A DNA stretch of 64,000 nt from a virus (Duplodnaviria; Caudoviricetes), in IMG/VR virus record IMGVR_UViG_3300033121_002003, positions 1,764-65,763 of that record; one strand, given 5' to 3'. The position numbers were made by a program, and so were the translations under genes. The notes under the pieces were generated by a model. That model made no database searches and had not been told where the DNA came from. It saw nothing but the letters and a program-made list of their open reading frames with translations. Of the stretch, positions 28,686 to 38,849 are shown piece by piece; the first letter of the stretch is position 1; each line of letters begins with the position of its first letter.

Positions 28686-30857
28686 ATGGCGAACTGGCGG
28701 CCGGCGGCGAACAACCCTTATGGGCAGTATGGGATGGAACAAGTTCCCTACGATCCCAACTGGTTTGTCAATCCTCAGTTATCCGGGGATACCTACAATT
28801 ATGGCTACCCCCAGGATATGGGATACGCCAACTGGTGGGATGCCCGCAACCGCAATCCCGAGATGGAAGGGGACATCCAAACCGGGATTCGGGATTCCCG
28901 TCAGCAACAGGGCAGATACCAGCGAGCGGGAGACCAGGCGTATGCCTCCGGCGGGATCGATCCCCTTACCGGTAATTATAGATTTGATGCCGGGTCTTAC
29001 CAACCCGGGCAGATCTATTCCCCCGCCGAGCAGGAACAAATGGCCCGGGAGAATCAGCTTTATGGAGGGATGACCACCCCGGATCAGTTTGATCGGTGGG
29101 GCCAAACTCCTGATGAGATTTCTGCCATTATGGGCAATCCCTATGCCGGGTCGGATTATTTCAACCCGGTGGCTGGGAATATCTACCGGGACCAGGATTT
29201 CACCGAGCAGCGCGGGTTTGACAGATTAAACGAATCCCACCGCAACATCCGAGGGGATATTGGCACTTACCAAGGCGCCACTCAGGGATTGTTGGATTCG
29301 GGTGGGGGCCGGATCCGCGGGACTTTGGATCAGGGTGAGCAGGGGGTGAGGGGGGTTTATAACGATCCCCGGTTGGGCGTGTCGGATGAGTTCATGCGGG
29401 ATTACCAATTCGGGGATAAGGACATCACCGATCTGGAAACCCAAGCCGGCCGGGCGGTTGGCGCCCGATACCAAGGCGCCATGAACGACTTGGAGATGCA
29501 GGCCGCGGCGTCAGATATCAACAATCCCCTGGGTGTGGCGGCTATGAAGCAGCGGTATTTGAGGGATTCGGCCGCGGAGGGTGCGGATGCCCAGGTTGGG
29601 GCCCGGGTGGCGGGTAGGGGCCTGCAGCTGGCCACTACCAAAGGCCGGGAAGATACCCGGTTGGGGGCGGAACAAACCCGTGGCGGGATGGCTTTGCAAG
29701 GGGAGTTGAATCTCTCCGGCCGCAGGACAGCAGCCGAGCAAGACATGTTGGATCGGGGATTGGCAACAGAAGCTGATCTGGCCCGAATGCGGATGGAGGG
29801 GGAGCAGTATCTGGGGACTACCGCCCTAAATGAGAACCGGGAGCTGGGGAACATGCGCCAGCTCAATAACCGGTATATTGGATCCACAGGTAGCCAGTTG
29901 GCAATGGCCGGGGATGACGCTGCCACCGGCCGGGCCCGGGACATTGCCAATAACCGCCAGCAAACCCAGCGGGATGTGGACAATACCAGGTATCAACAGA
30001 ACTTCCAGACCCAAGGGGCCTTGGGCGATCGCTATACCCAAATCGCCAACCAGCGGCTGGATTTTGAAAAAGAGCGCCGGGGATATCTGGCGGGAAATAC
30101 CGGTATGTATTACCAGGGTGGATTGACTGGTCAGGGCCAGCAAGTGGGAGCATATGGAGCAAGGACCGGAGCCCAAAACCAGGCCGGGGCGAATTACATG
30201 CGGGATTGGAGAACCGGAGAGCAGATCGAGCTGGACCGCAGAAATTCTCCCACCACTGCTGAACGGGCGATCGCTGCCGGGTTGGGAGTGTTCACCGGCG
30301 GGCTGTCCGGATACCGGGACTATCAACAGGGCCGGAATACAGGATCGGTGGGATCTGGCACCAACAACAATCGCCTGGCCACGGCTGACCAACTGGAGGG
30401 ATTGATCAACCCGGCCACGGGAATGGCGTATGCCCAGGGCGGCCAGGGCGGAGGTAATGGGCTGACCAAGGGTAGCCCAAACACCCTAGCCCCTAAAGCA
30501 TCTTCGCCTTACAAATCAAATACCAATATCTATTCTGATCAGGACGGTGGTTATTCTATTCAGGGCTGGAGAACGGGTGATCCCACTGATCCACATAACC
30601 CTGCAAATCGCCCCACTACTGGGAGGCCTCCGGCAACCACAAGGCCTATGGCTAGTCCGTACTCTACGGGTGGTGGGTCGCGTCCCGGCGCGGGGGCCTA
30701 CTCAAGCTGGGGCAGTCCTTCAACTACTGGTCGGTCAGCTTATTCCAACCCGGGCCAGACGTCCTTCGCCGGGGGGCCACTGCCTCAGTCTATGAATTAC
30801 AACCCTACGGAGTCCAGCAGCACACGGCAGCGCCAGCAGACATCCTGGGCTGCGTAG
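28686..30857 (+). CDS. putative DNA ejection / internal virion protein
   Basis: Gln/Gly/Ala-rich helical 723 aa downstream of nozzle gene. Confidence 0.55.
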   Translation: MANWRPAANNPYGQYGMEQVPYDPNWFVNPQLSGDTYNYGYPQDMGYANWWDARNRNPEMEGDIQTGIRDSRQQQGRYQRAGDQAYASGGIDPLTGNYRFDAGSYQPGQIYSPAEQEQMARENQLYGGMTTPDQFDRWGQTPDEISAIMGNPYAGSDYFNPVAGNIYRDQDFTEQRGFDRLNESHRNIRGDIGTYQGATQGLLDSGGGRIRGTLDQGEQGVRGVYNDPRLGVSDEFMRDYQFGDKDITDLETQAGRAVGARYQGAMNDLEMQAAASDINNPLGVAAMKQRYLRDSAAEGADAQVGARVAGRGLQLATTKGREDTRLGAEQTRGGMALQGELNLSGRRTAAEQDMLDRGLATEADLARMRMEGEQYLGTTALNENRELGNMRQLNNRYIGSTGSQLAMAGDDAATGRARDIANNRQQTQRDVDNTRYQQNFQTQGALGDRYTQIANQRLDFEKERRGYLAGNTGMYYQGGLTGQGQQVGAYGARTGAQNQAGANYMRDWRTGEQIELDRRNSPTTAERAIAAGLGVFTGGLSGYRDYQQGRNTGSVGSGTNNNRLATADQLEGLINPATGMAYAQGGQGGGNGLTKGSPNTLAPKASSPYKSNTNIYSDQDGGYSIQGWRTGDPTDPHNPANRPTTGRPPATTRPMASPYSTGGGSRPGAGAYSSWGSPSTTGRSAYSNPGQTSFAGGPLPQSMNYNPTESSSTRQRQQTSWAA

Positions 30858-30874
30858 AAAGGATCTATCCACAA

Positions 30875-31144
30875 ATGAATCCCCAAATGCCTCCGGCCCC
30901 AGCCGCAGATCCGCTTCAACCCCTTGCTCCGCCCGGGCCGCCGGATCCGCTGATGGCCGCCCAATTGGAAACCGTCCGGCGCCGGCAACGGATGGGCCAG
31001 CCTTACATGCCTGCTTTGCAATCTACCCAACCAACGGATCCCACGGTGGTTCCGCCGATGGAGGATCCACTGGGCGGCCAGCGGTCTCGCCCGCCCCAGG
31101 TAGATTATCAAAACCCGGGGTATGGAGGGCTGCGGTATGGTTAA
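30875..31144 (+). CDS. Pro-rich hypothetical protein
   Basis: 89-aa ORF filling the gap. Confidence 0.45.
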   Translation: MNPQMPPAPAADPLQPLAPPGPPDPLMAAQLETVRRRQRMGQPYMPALQSTQPTDPTVVPPMEDPLGGQRSRPPQVDYQNPGYGGLRYG

Positions 31145-31145
31145 G

Positions 31146-31178
31146 GGGATGGCCATCCCTTCACAATAGTCCTATAAT
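31146..31178 (+). promoter_or_regulatory. promoter with overlapping palindrome, predicted leaderless transcript
   Basis: TGGCCA(31150-55)-N17-TATAAT(31173-78); ATG at 31185; perfect palindrome GGGATGGCCATCCC 31146-31159. Confidence 0.55.
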
Positions 31179-31184
31179 GAGGCC

Positions 31185-32957
31185 ATGGGAATTCCATCCT
31201 ATGGCCTCCGTCCCGGAGCCGGCCCTGGCCGCCCTCCTATTCCCCAGCAGTCCCTTATCCCCAGTCCCTACCTGGATGATGTGATTGGGGAATTACCGGA
31301 AAAGAACCCCATGTGGCCGATGCCCCAGGGAGTTGGGGATATTGGGCCGATGCCGGGGCCGCCCCCGGATGGCGGCCCGGCTCTAAGCAGTCCCCCGCCG
31401 CCCCCGGTCCCTGGTCCCCGCCCCGGGCCGCTGATGCCGGAAGACCCTTATCTCACCGATCAGATCCGGGAGCAGACCCAGTTATCCCCAATCAAACCTC
31501 CACCCCCGATGCCGATGCAACTCCCGGGGCCGGATTCTGAGAATCCCAGCCAGGGCCAGTTCCGGGCGGCCAACGTTCCCCCAATGGGTCAGCCGGGGAT
31601 GCCTCCCATTCCACCTCCCAGTAATGCACGGCAGGCAATGCCTCCCCCTCCCCCGGCGTCTCAGGAATTGGAATACCTCCGTCAGGTGCAGGGTCAACGG
31701 CCGGAACGCCCCCAGCCCAAATGGTGGCAGGTTGTTGGCGCTGCAGCCGCAGGCGGGCTGGAAGGATATCTGGCCTCTTCCCCTTCCGCCGCTACCCGAT
31801 CGGCGGTGCGGCAACCGGGCAGGCTGAGCCAAATGTTCACCGAGGGAGATTATCCCCAACGGATGGCGGAGTGGCAAGTGGATTTGAAAAACGCCCAGGA
31901 TTTGTTAGAGGCCAGTTTGGATATCCAAAAAGCCCGCAGCCAGCAACAGGTGCAGGAGGCTCAGGCCTGGAGATATCGAAACGAACCGGGGATCAAAGCA
32001 GATACCGCGCTGGAGGTACAGGAATCTCGTAATCAGGGTGGGCTTGCCCAAAAGCAGGCCGTGGCCCAGGGGTATCTCAACACCGAGGATAGGAAATATC
32101 GCCACACCCTAAAGCCCGTTACCAAGGAAAGATCGGCGGCGCTGCAGGCTGAAGGCTACCAACCCGAAGGTGAGGATGAACAGGGAAATCCCCTGTTTTC
32201 TGCCGCCACCCTGGCCAATTCAGACCGTAACCAAATCACCCGGGATAAACACGATCTGGATTGGATGTTGGGTCAGGACAAAATCAAATCCTCCGAAGCC
32301 ATTGCGGAGGAAAACCGCAAACACCGGGAAAAGCTACAAGCCGTCGGAGCTGGTCACGCTTGGGCGCGGATGCAGGCCCGCATCCAGGCGGATTTGCAGA
32401 AAGCTCGAGCCCGGGGAGAATCCGGGGAGTTTGAAAAAGAAAAGCTGGATAACCTGGCCAAGATCGAAAACATCTACCACAAAGGGGTGATCGATCTGGC
32501 CAAGCGGTTTAAATTCGCGGATGAGTACAATTCCAAAACCGCTGATGGGCTGACCGGCTCGCAGGCTGAAGAATATTGGACGGAGCGGCTGACCCTGGAA
32601 AAGCGGTTAAGGGAGGGGAAAAATCTGATGGAGAGTTTGTACGCCCGCCAGAAAGGGTCAGACAAACCGTTAGTGTATCAACCCGAGGAGGGGGAAACCT
32701 ACGCTACCCGCAAGCTGGAAGAGATCCGTGCCAAGAAGCAAGGAGCCGCGGGTGCCGCGCAGTCTGGCAATCCACAAATGGTTACGGGCAGTGGAGCAGG
32801 AAGCCCTGGTCAGCCGGCTCCGGGGAAGCTATCCCTGCCCCCCGGACTCAAACTGCCCGCAGGCTATATCGAAGCCCCGGGAGGAAAAGTCCAAGGACCT
32901 GACGGATCCATGTATCAGTTAGATCCTCAATCAAAGAAATTGAAAAAGATCAAATAA
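31185..32957 (+). CDS. putative DNA ejection / internal virion protein
   Basis: Pro-rich N-terminus, hydrophobic segment, long coiled coil. Confidence 0.55.
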   Translation: MGIPSYGLRPGAGPGRPPIPQQSLIPSPYLDDVIGELPEKNPMWPMPQGVGDIGPMPGPPPDGGPALSSPPPPPVPGPRPGPLMPEDPYLTDQIREQTQLSPIKPPPPMPMQLPGPDSENPSQGQFRAANVPPMGQPGMPPIPPPSNARQAMPPPPPASQELEYLRQVQGQRPERPQPKWWQVVGAAAAGGLEGYLASSPSAATRSAVRQPGRLSQMFTEGDYPQRMAEWQVDLKNAQDLLEASLDIQKARSQQQVQEAQAWRYRNEPGIKADTALEVQESRNQGGLAQKQAVAQGYLNTEDRKYRHTLKPVTKERSAALQAEGYQPEGEDEQGNPLFSAATLANSDRNQITRDKHDLDWMLGQDKIKSSEAIAEENRKHREKLQAVGAGHAWARMQARIQADLQKARARGESGEFEKEKLDNLAKIENIYHKGVIDLAKRFKFADEYNSKTADGLTGSQAEEYWTERLTLEKRLREGKNLMESLYARQKGSDKPLVYQPEEGETYATRKLEEIRAKKQGAAGAAQSGNPQMVTGSGAGSPGQPAPGKLSLPPGLKLPAGYIEAPGGKVQGPDGSMYQLDPQSKKLKKIK

Positions 32958-32969
32958 GGACCCCCGGCT

Positions 32970-35900
32970 ATGTATGGGACAAAAAAGAAAACCGCTCCGG
33001 ATGAAGTGCCTCTCGAGCCGATTGCTCCCGATGAGGTAGCGCTGGAGCCTATTGCTCCGGATGAGGTAGAGCTGGAAGCAATATCCCCGGCCAAGGGATT
33101 GACATCTCCATCCCCTATCCCCCATACTGGGCCTATCGGGGCGTCCCAACCCCGAAACCGAGGTCCTATTCCTACCTCGGAGCATCCTCAACCTGTGGCG
33201 GCGGAGGTATCCTCCAATCCCCAAAGACGCGCCTCCGCCGCCCCTCCACCACAGGTTGCCAAAAAACCTGCTTTTGCTCCCAACCAACAAATAGAAATCC
33301 TTCCCCGGCAGGAGTCGGTTTCTCCCTTGCCCCCGGCGGCTATGCCCCCGGCACCCATCCCCACCGGCCTCCAAGGCCCGCCGAGTAAAACTCCCCCTGG
33401 GGAATTCCCCCGGGTGGGGAGGGATATCCCCACCCCGGGTCCCCTACCTGGATTCCAAGGGGTGGAACCGGGATTGCGGCAAGCTGTCCAAGGATTCTCC
33501 CGTGCCAGCTATGGCACCGCCAGTGCTGGGATGGGCGCCGGGCCTGCCCAAACCACCCCAACTGCCCCTGCCCAGATTGATCCGGATGCCTGGCGCCCCC
33601 CTACCCTGGCAGGAAGGGTAGGCGCCCTGGCTGATATGGTGGAAGGTCTGGAACAAGCCTCCGCGCCTTATGTCCTGCCTGCTTTGGGGGCGGCGGCCCT
33701 AACCTCCGTCCCTGCCATGGTGGCGGTGGGAGCTGGGGTGGTTGGGGGTTATGCCCGGGAGGAAGGAACCCGCCAGGGATTGGAATACCTGGGAGTGGAT
33801 CCCCGCTATGCCAAGTTCGCCGGTAAGGTAGCGGGATGGTGGCCAGAATCCCACATCCCTGGTTATACCAGCGCTGTAACCGGCGCGGCCGAGGCCCTGA
33901 TCCCCAACTCCCCCACCAAGCAGTTCTCTAGCAGCCTGGAAAAATCCATTGGTGAATTCAACCAGATGGTGGATGAGGTGGGGAAGCTGGATCCCTCATC
34001 CCCCGAATACAGCCGGGCGATTAACGAATTGAAATCAGGTGAAGCCCAATTGGGGATAGCCGCCAACACCTTATCCCAAGCCAATTTGCTGGGGGCCCTC
34101 AAATCAGCCCAAGTAATGGGGAAGATGAGGAATGTGCCGGAAGGCATGGGGACAGCAGCTGAAACAATCCCATCCCCAGAAGCTCCCTTATCCCCAGATA
34201 TTATCTCCCTGGAAGGAATTGAATCCCAGGAACCGTTATACAAATCCTCCACAACCCAATACAACTTACCAGATGACCTATCCGCTAGGGTCCAATTCCT
34301 GGGAGAGCAGATCCCCGATTCCGCCCTAGCCGAATCTGGCCGGGAAACTCAACCCCATTTAACTGTTAGATATGGGATTGAGGAAGACCCCCAGGTGGCT
34401 ATTCCCAAAATCCGCCAGGCCTTGGCCAATCAATCCCCCATTACTGTTAAATTGGGGGAGACCTCCTTACTCCCCGACTTAGGGGATGGGGAGGTTCTAA
34501 AAATCGACCTGGAAAAATCCCCGGAACTGGAATCGGTACGGGAAGCCATTGCTAAATCAGGAGTCTCCCACATCCCTGACAAAGGGGACGAGCTGGGGTA
34601 TTCCCCCCATATTACCGTGGCCTATCTAAAACCCGGTGAGGGCCAGCACCATATCGGCGCCAGCCCCCTCACCGGCCAGGAGCTGGTGATTGACCGGATC
34701 TGGGTAGGGGACCGCCATGGCAACCAGTATGAAATCCCATTTGGCAAATCCATGGAGGGGATCCTGGGGCCCGAGCAGGAAGCCATTAGGGGAATGATGG
34801 GGGAAGGTCAGGCCTTGGGCCAATCCACTCCTGACCCATCCCAGGCCCAGTTTCATGTGGTCCAAAAAGGCCAGCAGGCCACTTCCCAATTGTGGACCCC
34901 CGATCAGCTATCCAAATCCCTTCCCGGGTATAAACTGGACGTACTCCCCAATGACGAGCGGGCCAACCCCGGCGGCGCCACTCTGGGGATTGAGACCCCC
35001 TCCGGCAAATGGGCCAAGCTGGTGGTTACCCGCACCCGCAACCTCAACGGCGACCCCAAATTGGTAGAGGCCCAGCTAGGCCGCCCCGCCAAGCCGGATG
35101 AAATCATTATGGGCCAGTATGAATCCCGCGGGTTGCGGGAGCAGTCAGTTATCACCCTGGCCGGAGCCGCCGGCCCTGATACCCTGGACCATGAACTGTT
35201 CCATTACGCCTTTGATACCTTCCTAACCCCCCAGGAACAGGCGGCCATCCTAGCTACCCATGGCTCCGAAGAAGCCGCGGCCATTGCTTACGGCTCCGGC
35301 CAGGGCGGGCTGGATCCCGGCCTGGGGAGGATGAAAAAGCTCTTTGCCGAGATCCACAACAAGTTCTATCCGGATTCCAAAGCCACCCTAGAACGGTTGC
35401 GCCAGGGAAAAATCTGGGAAAGGGAAGCTAGATATGGTGTCGACACCCGCCCCGGGATCTATCGCGATCCCCAAGGTCGCCCCCGCTTCAACCTGGGCGC
35501 CCTGGCTGACAACTTCCTCGAGACCTTCGATCGCAATCTGGTAAGGTTTGAATCCAACGAACCGGTTTACCTGGCGGCTACGCTGGCCGCCCCGGGTACC
35601 AGCCAATCCATCTCCCGGGAGGCCCTGATCGGCCCGGCCCAGGAAATCGCCCGGACCATGCACGCCGGAGGCTATGGTCAGGAATCCCTCCAACAGGGAT
35701 GGATAGCCTTTGCCGAGGTCTTGATTGACAACCGACTGGCAGGGGTTCAGGGCCGGTGGGCGGACCTGGCCAATGCAGTGGAGAAAGCCACCCCTAAAGA
35801 ACTCCGCAAAGCCCTGGCCAGGAATTCCGAAGCCCCAGATGGGCCATTGGCCCGGGTGCTGGATCGGGTAGAGGCTGATCAACCCATGAAGGATGGATCC

Positions 35901-38270
35901 CGGTATAGCAAGGTTGAGGCTCTGCTAACTAAAAAAGACTACGCCGGAGCCAAAGCCTACCTGGCCGCCACCTTCCGCCACAATGCCTATACGGTTAAAC
36001 GGCTGGATCTCCAGGGGATGTATGGCAAGCAATTAAAAGAGTTCGCCCAGGACCCCCAGTTTAAACAAGCTTTGCAGGTCTACAAATCCAAAGTCGAGGC
36101 CCTGTTTGCCAGCCACCATTTAAAAAACGAGGGCATCCTATCCGCGGATCTGGGCCCGCTGCAAACTTATTATCCACTGGTACCCCAAAAAGAATCCGGC
36201 CCCCTGCCGGTGTGGCAGGAATCCGCCAGGAAGCTTGGTTATTGGATCCGTCCCCACAACCCCAATAATTATTTCACCACCGGCCTGGCCACCAAAGGCT
36301 ATGACCCCGAATTGACTACATTACGCAGCCGTCTAACCGCCTCGATCCACGGTGGGAATGTAGCCCAGTTCCTGGATGTCATGCGCGGGACTGGATTAGC
36401 GGTGAAGGTCACTGACCCATCTGCTGCCACTGCCAAGTTCCGGGGAGGGGAAGAACTCCCGGTGGCGGTGATCCCTATCGGCTCCGCCCAATCCATTTCG
36501 GTAAAGGGCCAAGCCTTAAAAGTCCCTCCCCAATATATCGCCGTGCCGCAGGCCCTGGGGCCCACAGTGAAATCCATTGTTCTGGGAGAGGGCCCTGGCG
36601 GGTCATCCGCTTTCCACTCCGAAGGCTTTGTGGAGGACGCCGTCAACCGCATTACCGGCTGGAGCTTGGTGGGCCCGGCCGACGCCGCTTTCCACGCTCA
36701 AGCAGTATTATCATCTCTGGTTGCAGGAACTCCCTATCTCAAACAATCCAACGCCTTTAATTCGTTCATGGCCAATCTTCCCGTGGCCAAGGCCTTCACC
36801 GCTATGTGGGTAACTCAGCGCCGCCCCGCAAGTTATTTTGTCTCCCCCGAAGGATCTGCAAAGCTGCTCAACATGGCCAAGGGGGGAATGCTCAACCCCC
36901 GAATTGGGTCGGTGGCCTGGGATAAAGACTACGCTGATCTGTTCGGAGCGGAGTGGAAACCCCCCATCACTAACAAGGGCGCCTGGCAGAGAACCGTGGA
37001 TGAGAAAGAAGCCGCCAAGGCCGGGGGCTTGGGAGCCAAGCTCGCCAGTTATTTGGACGTCGCCGGCCGGGTGGGGGATCTGGGTACCTCCGCTATTGTG
37101 TTTGGTCATCCAGGTGAGGTTGGGGGAAAGTCGGGCTGGATCAGAAATCACATTCTAGGTCTGGATCTCCGCGCCCGAGTGGCGTTATATGACCTCCATA
37201 CTACCCTGTTCCCTGATGCCCCTCTCCCAGACCGGGCCAATTTCGTCAACCAGGCTATGCAATACAACTGGGGCCTGCAGTCCCAAATGGAACAATACAT
37301 CAAGGGCTATGCCGGAACCCGCTTTACTTCTGTATTCTTCACCGCCGGCTATTCCATGATCCGGGCTGGGGTTCGGGCAATGAATCCCATCGGTACCCGC
37401 CATGGCCTCAATCGTCTGGACCCCATTGGCCGGCAACAACTGGCTCGAGCTCAGCGGGCTTTCTCCGGCGGCATTACCGGGATGGTTGGGGCTTGGGCCC
37501 TTATGAATCTGGGCGCCACTGGCAAATGGCCCTGGGATCCTGACCAAGAGGGCGGCCCTGTTCCCCTCAACACTATCGCCCTGCCGGATAAAATCCGCCA
37601 ATCCGCTGCTGGCAAGGCCCTGATGGGAGACCCCAATAAAGGTGCCCCCCGGCAGGGTTATATGCCCATGGGATTCTTCAACGCCGCGGTGAAAAAAGGC
37701 CTGGACGTCACTGGTGTCAAAGCTGGGTATGACGAATCCATGCGGCTGGGGAGGTCTGGCCTGCCCGATCCCGTCGGTCGACAATGGATTGGGCAGGAGG
37801 CTTTACGATCGTCCATGAACACCTTCCTCCATCCCCTTACCAGCGGTCCCATTCCCCGCGCCGGGATGGCGGCGATGGGCATGTCTCCCTGGATCGGCCC
37901 GATGTGGGACCCTATCACCGGCCGGAACCAGTTCACCCTCCGCACGGAGTCTCGGGCTGCGGGATCTTTGTTTGAGGCCACTGGTACTGGGCTGGCCAGA
38001 GCCGCCGGCCAGATGTCCCCGTTTGTCAACTGGGCCAACGAAGCTGGAGCAGAGGCTTTTGTGGGGTCTCCCATGTCAGGCCCTACCAAGCACGATGATG
38101 GTGCCGCCTGGGCCAAGACCCTGGCGGATATCATGATCCCCCGATCCCGCCCCGTGGCCTGGGACATCCGCAAAAAAGCCGAACAGGCCCAGGAACTGGT
38201 TAAAAGCCGTAAGCAGGTGATTAAAAAACAGCACAACCAGGCTAATAAATCTGCGCAGCGTAGCCAGTAG
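32970..38270 (+). CDS. large polyvalent internal virion-type protein with 2H phosphoesterase (Acb1/gp57B-like) and HExxH peptidase-like domains
   Basis: 1766 aa; PHLTVRYG (H463) and PHITVAY (H547); LDHELFH (H741); last gene of structural arm. Confidence 0.75.
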   Translation: MYGTKKKTAPDEVPLEPIAPDEVALEPIAPDEVELEAISPAKGLTSPSPIPHTGPIGASQPRNRGPIPTSEHPQPVAAEVSSNPQRRASAAPPPQVAKKPAFAPNQQIEILPRQESVSPLPPAAMPPAPIPTGLQGPPSKTPPGEFPRVGRDIPTPGPLPGFQGVEPGLRQAVQGFSRASYGTASAGMGAGPAQTTPTAPAQIDPDAWRPPTLAGRVGALADMVEGLEQASAPYVLPALGAAALTSVPAMVAVGAGVVGGYAREEGTRQGLEYLGVDPRYAKFAGKVAGWWPESHIPGYTSAVTGAAEALIPNSPTKQFSSSLEKSIGEFNQMVDEVGKLDPSSPEYSRAINELKSGEAQLGIAANTLSQANLLGALKSAQVMGKMRNVPEGMGTAAETIPSPEAPLSPDIISLEGIESQEPLYKSSTTQYNLPDDLSARVQFLGEQIPDSALAESGRETQPHLTVRYGIEEDPQVAIPKIRQALANQSPITVKLGETSLLPDLGDGEVLKIDLEKSPELESVREAIAKSGVSHIPDKGDELGYSPHITVAYLKPGEGQHHIGASPLTGQELVIDRIWVGDRHGNQYEIPFGKSMEGILGPEQEAIRGMMGEGQALGQSTPDPSQAQFHVVQKGQQATSQLWTPDQLSKSLPGYKLDVLPNDERANPGGATLGIETPSGKWAKLVVTRTRNLNGDPKLVEAQLGRPAKPDEIIMGQYESRGLREQSVITLAGAAGPDTLDHELFHYAFDTFLTPQEQAAILATHGSEEAAAIAYGSGQGGLDPGLGRMKKLFAEIHNKFYPDSKATLERLRQGKIWEREARYGVDTRPGIYRDPQGRPRFNLGALADNFLETFDRNLVRFESNEPVYLAATLAAPGTSQSISREALIGPAQEIARTMHAGGYGQESLQQGWIAFAEVLIDNRLAGVQGRWADLANAVEKATPKELRKALARNSEAPDGPLARVLDRVEADQPMKDGSRYSKVEALLTKKDYAGAKAYLAATFRHNAYTVKRLDLQGMYGKQLKEFAQDPQFKQALQVYKSKVEALFASHHLKNEGILSADLGPLQTYYPLVPQKESGPLPVWQESARKLGYWIRPHNPNNYFTTGLATKGYDPELTTLRSRLTASIHGGNVAQFLDVMRGTGLAVKVTDPSAATAKFRGGEELPVAVIPIGSAQSISVKGQALKVPPQYIAVPQALGPTVKSIVLGEGPGGSSAFHSEGFVEDAVNRITGWSLVGPADAAFHAQAVLSSLVAGTPYLKQSNAFNSFMANLPVAKAFTAMWVTQRRPASYFVSPEGSAKLLNMAKGGMLNPRIGSVAWDKDYADLFGAEWKPPITNKGAWQRTVDEKEAAKAGGLGAKLASYLDVAGRVGDLGTSAIVFGHPGEVGGKSGWIRNHILGLDLRARVALYDLHTTLFPDAPLPDRANFVNQAMQYNWGLQSQMEQYIKGYAGTRFTSVFFTAGYSMIRAGVRAMNPIGTRHGLNRLDPIGRQQLARAQRAFSGGITGMVGAWALMNLGATGKWPWDPDQEGGPVPLNTIALPDKIRQSAAGKALMGDPNKGAPRQGYMPMGFFNAAVKKGLDVTGVKAGYDESMRLGRSGLPDPVGRQWIGQEALRSSMNTFLHPLTSGPIPRAGMAAMGMSPWIGPMWDPITGRNQFTLRTESRAAGSLFEATGTGLARAAGQMSPFVNWANEAGAEAFVGSPMSGPTKHDDGAAWAKTLADIMIPRSRPVAWDIRKKAEQAQELVKSRKQVIKKQHNQANKSAQRSQ
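32994..33085 (+). repeat. 30-bp tandem repeat x3 (APDEVxLExI)
   Basis: APDEVPLEPI APDEVALEPI APDEVELEAI. Confidence 0.8.
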
Positions 38271-38442
38271 GATTAGGAGGCTAGAACCCGCGAACTACCA
38301 AAATCACTAGCTCCGCGCCTCCCAAGACTCCAACAACAAACCCAAATCCCCACCCAGCCCCACTGACAAATTCATCCAAAAAAATCACACATCCACAAAT
38401 GCTTGGCCAGCTCCCAATCACGGGTCCACTTTTCCTTTTCCA

Positions 38443-38640
38443 TTATTTCATCATCTCCTCTACCTGCCGGATTTGTTCCTCCCCCACCCCGGATAATTTC
38501 AACCATCCTCGGGTAATGGGCCAGGATGCCAAGAACCACACCCGGGCCTGGGCCTGGCGGTCTTGTATGGGTATCCCCTCCAGGATGGTATTCGCCAGCT
38601 GAAGGGCTGCGGTGATTAAAGGGATTATGGTGAGGGTCAT
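38443..38640 (-). CDS. small hypothetical protein, hydrophobic N-terminus
   Basis: 65 aa, translationally coupled to upstream gene. Confidence 0.5.
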   Translation of the reverse strand: MTLTIIPLITAALQLANTILEGIPIQDRQAQARVWFLASWPITRGWLKLSGVGEEQIRQVEEMMK

Positions 38641-38849
38641 TCTGGTATATTTCCTCCTACCATCCTATCTAGCGGTATGCTATACAACCGATCGGCTGTG
38701 TTATTAACCAAATCTTTATCTCCCTGGGCTGGGATCTCTTGTCCCAGTACCTCAGTGAAATATACTATCTTACATATCTGGCGGTAGCTTCGTAGAACCT
38801 CGCGCCGCTGCTTTTCCAGTTTGTAAATCCGTCTACGGTATTTTCTCAT
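38637..38849 (-). CDS. hypothetical protein
   Basis: 4-bp overlaps with both neighbours. Confidence 0.55.
   Translation of the reverse strand: MRKYRRRIYKLEKQRREVLRSYRQICKIVYFTEVLGQEIPAQGDKDLVNNTADRLYSIPLDRMVGGNIPE

Noticed and set aside
38290-38443. Small membrane ORF or T7 slippage site at the convergence of the two arms
   Set aside because: Only 23-46 codons depending on frame; cannot be distinguished from chance
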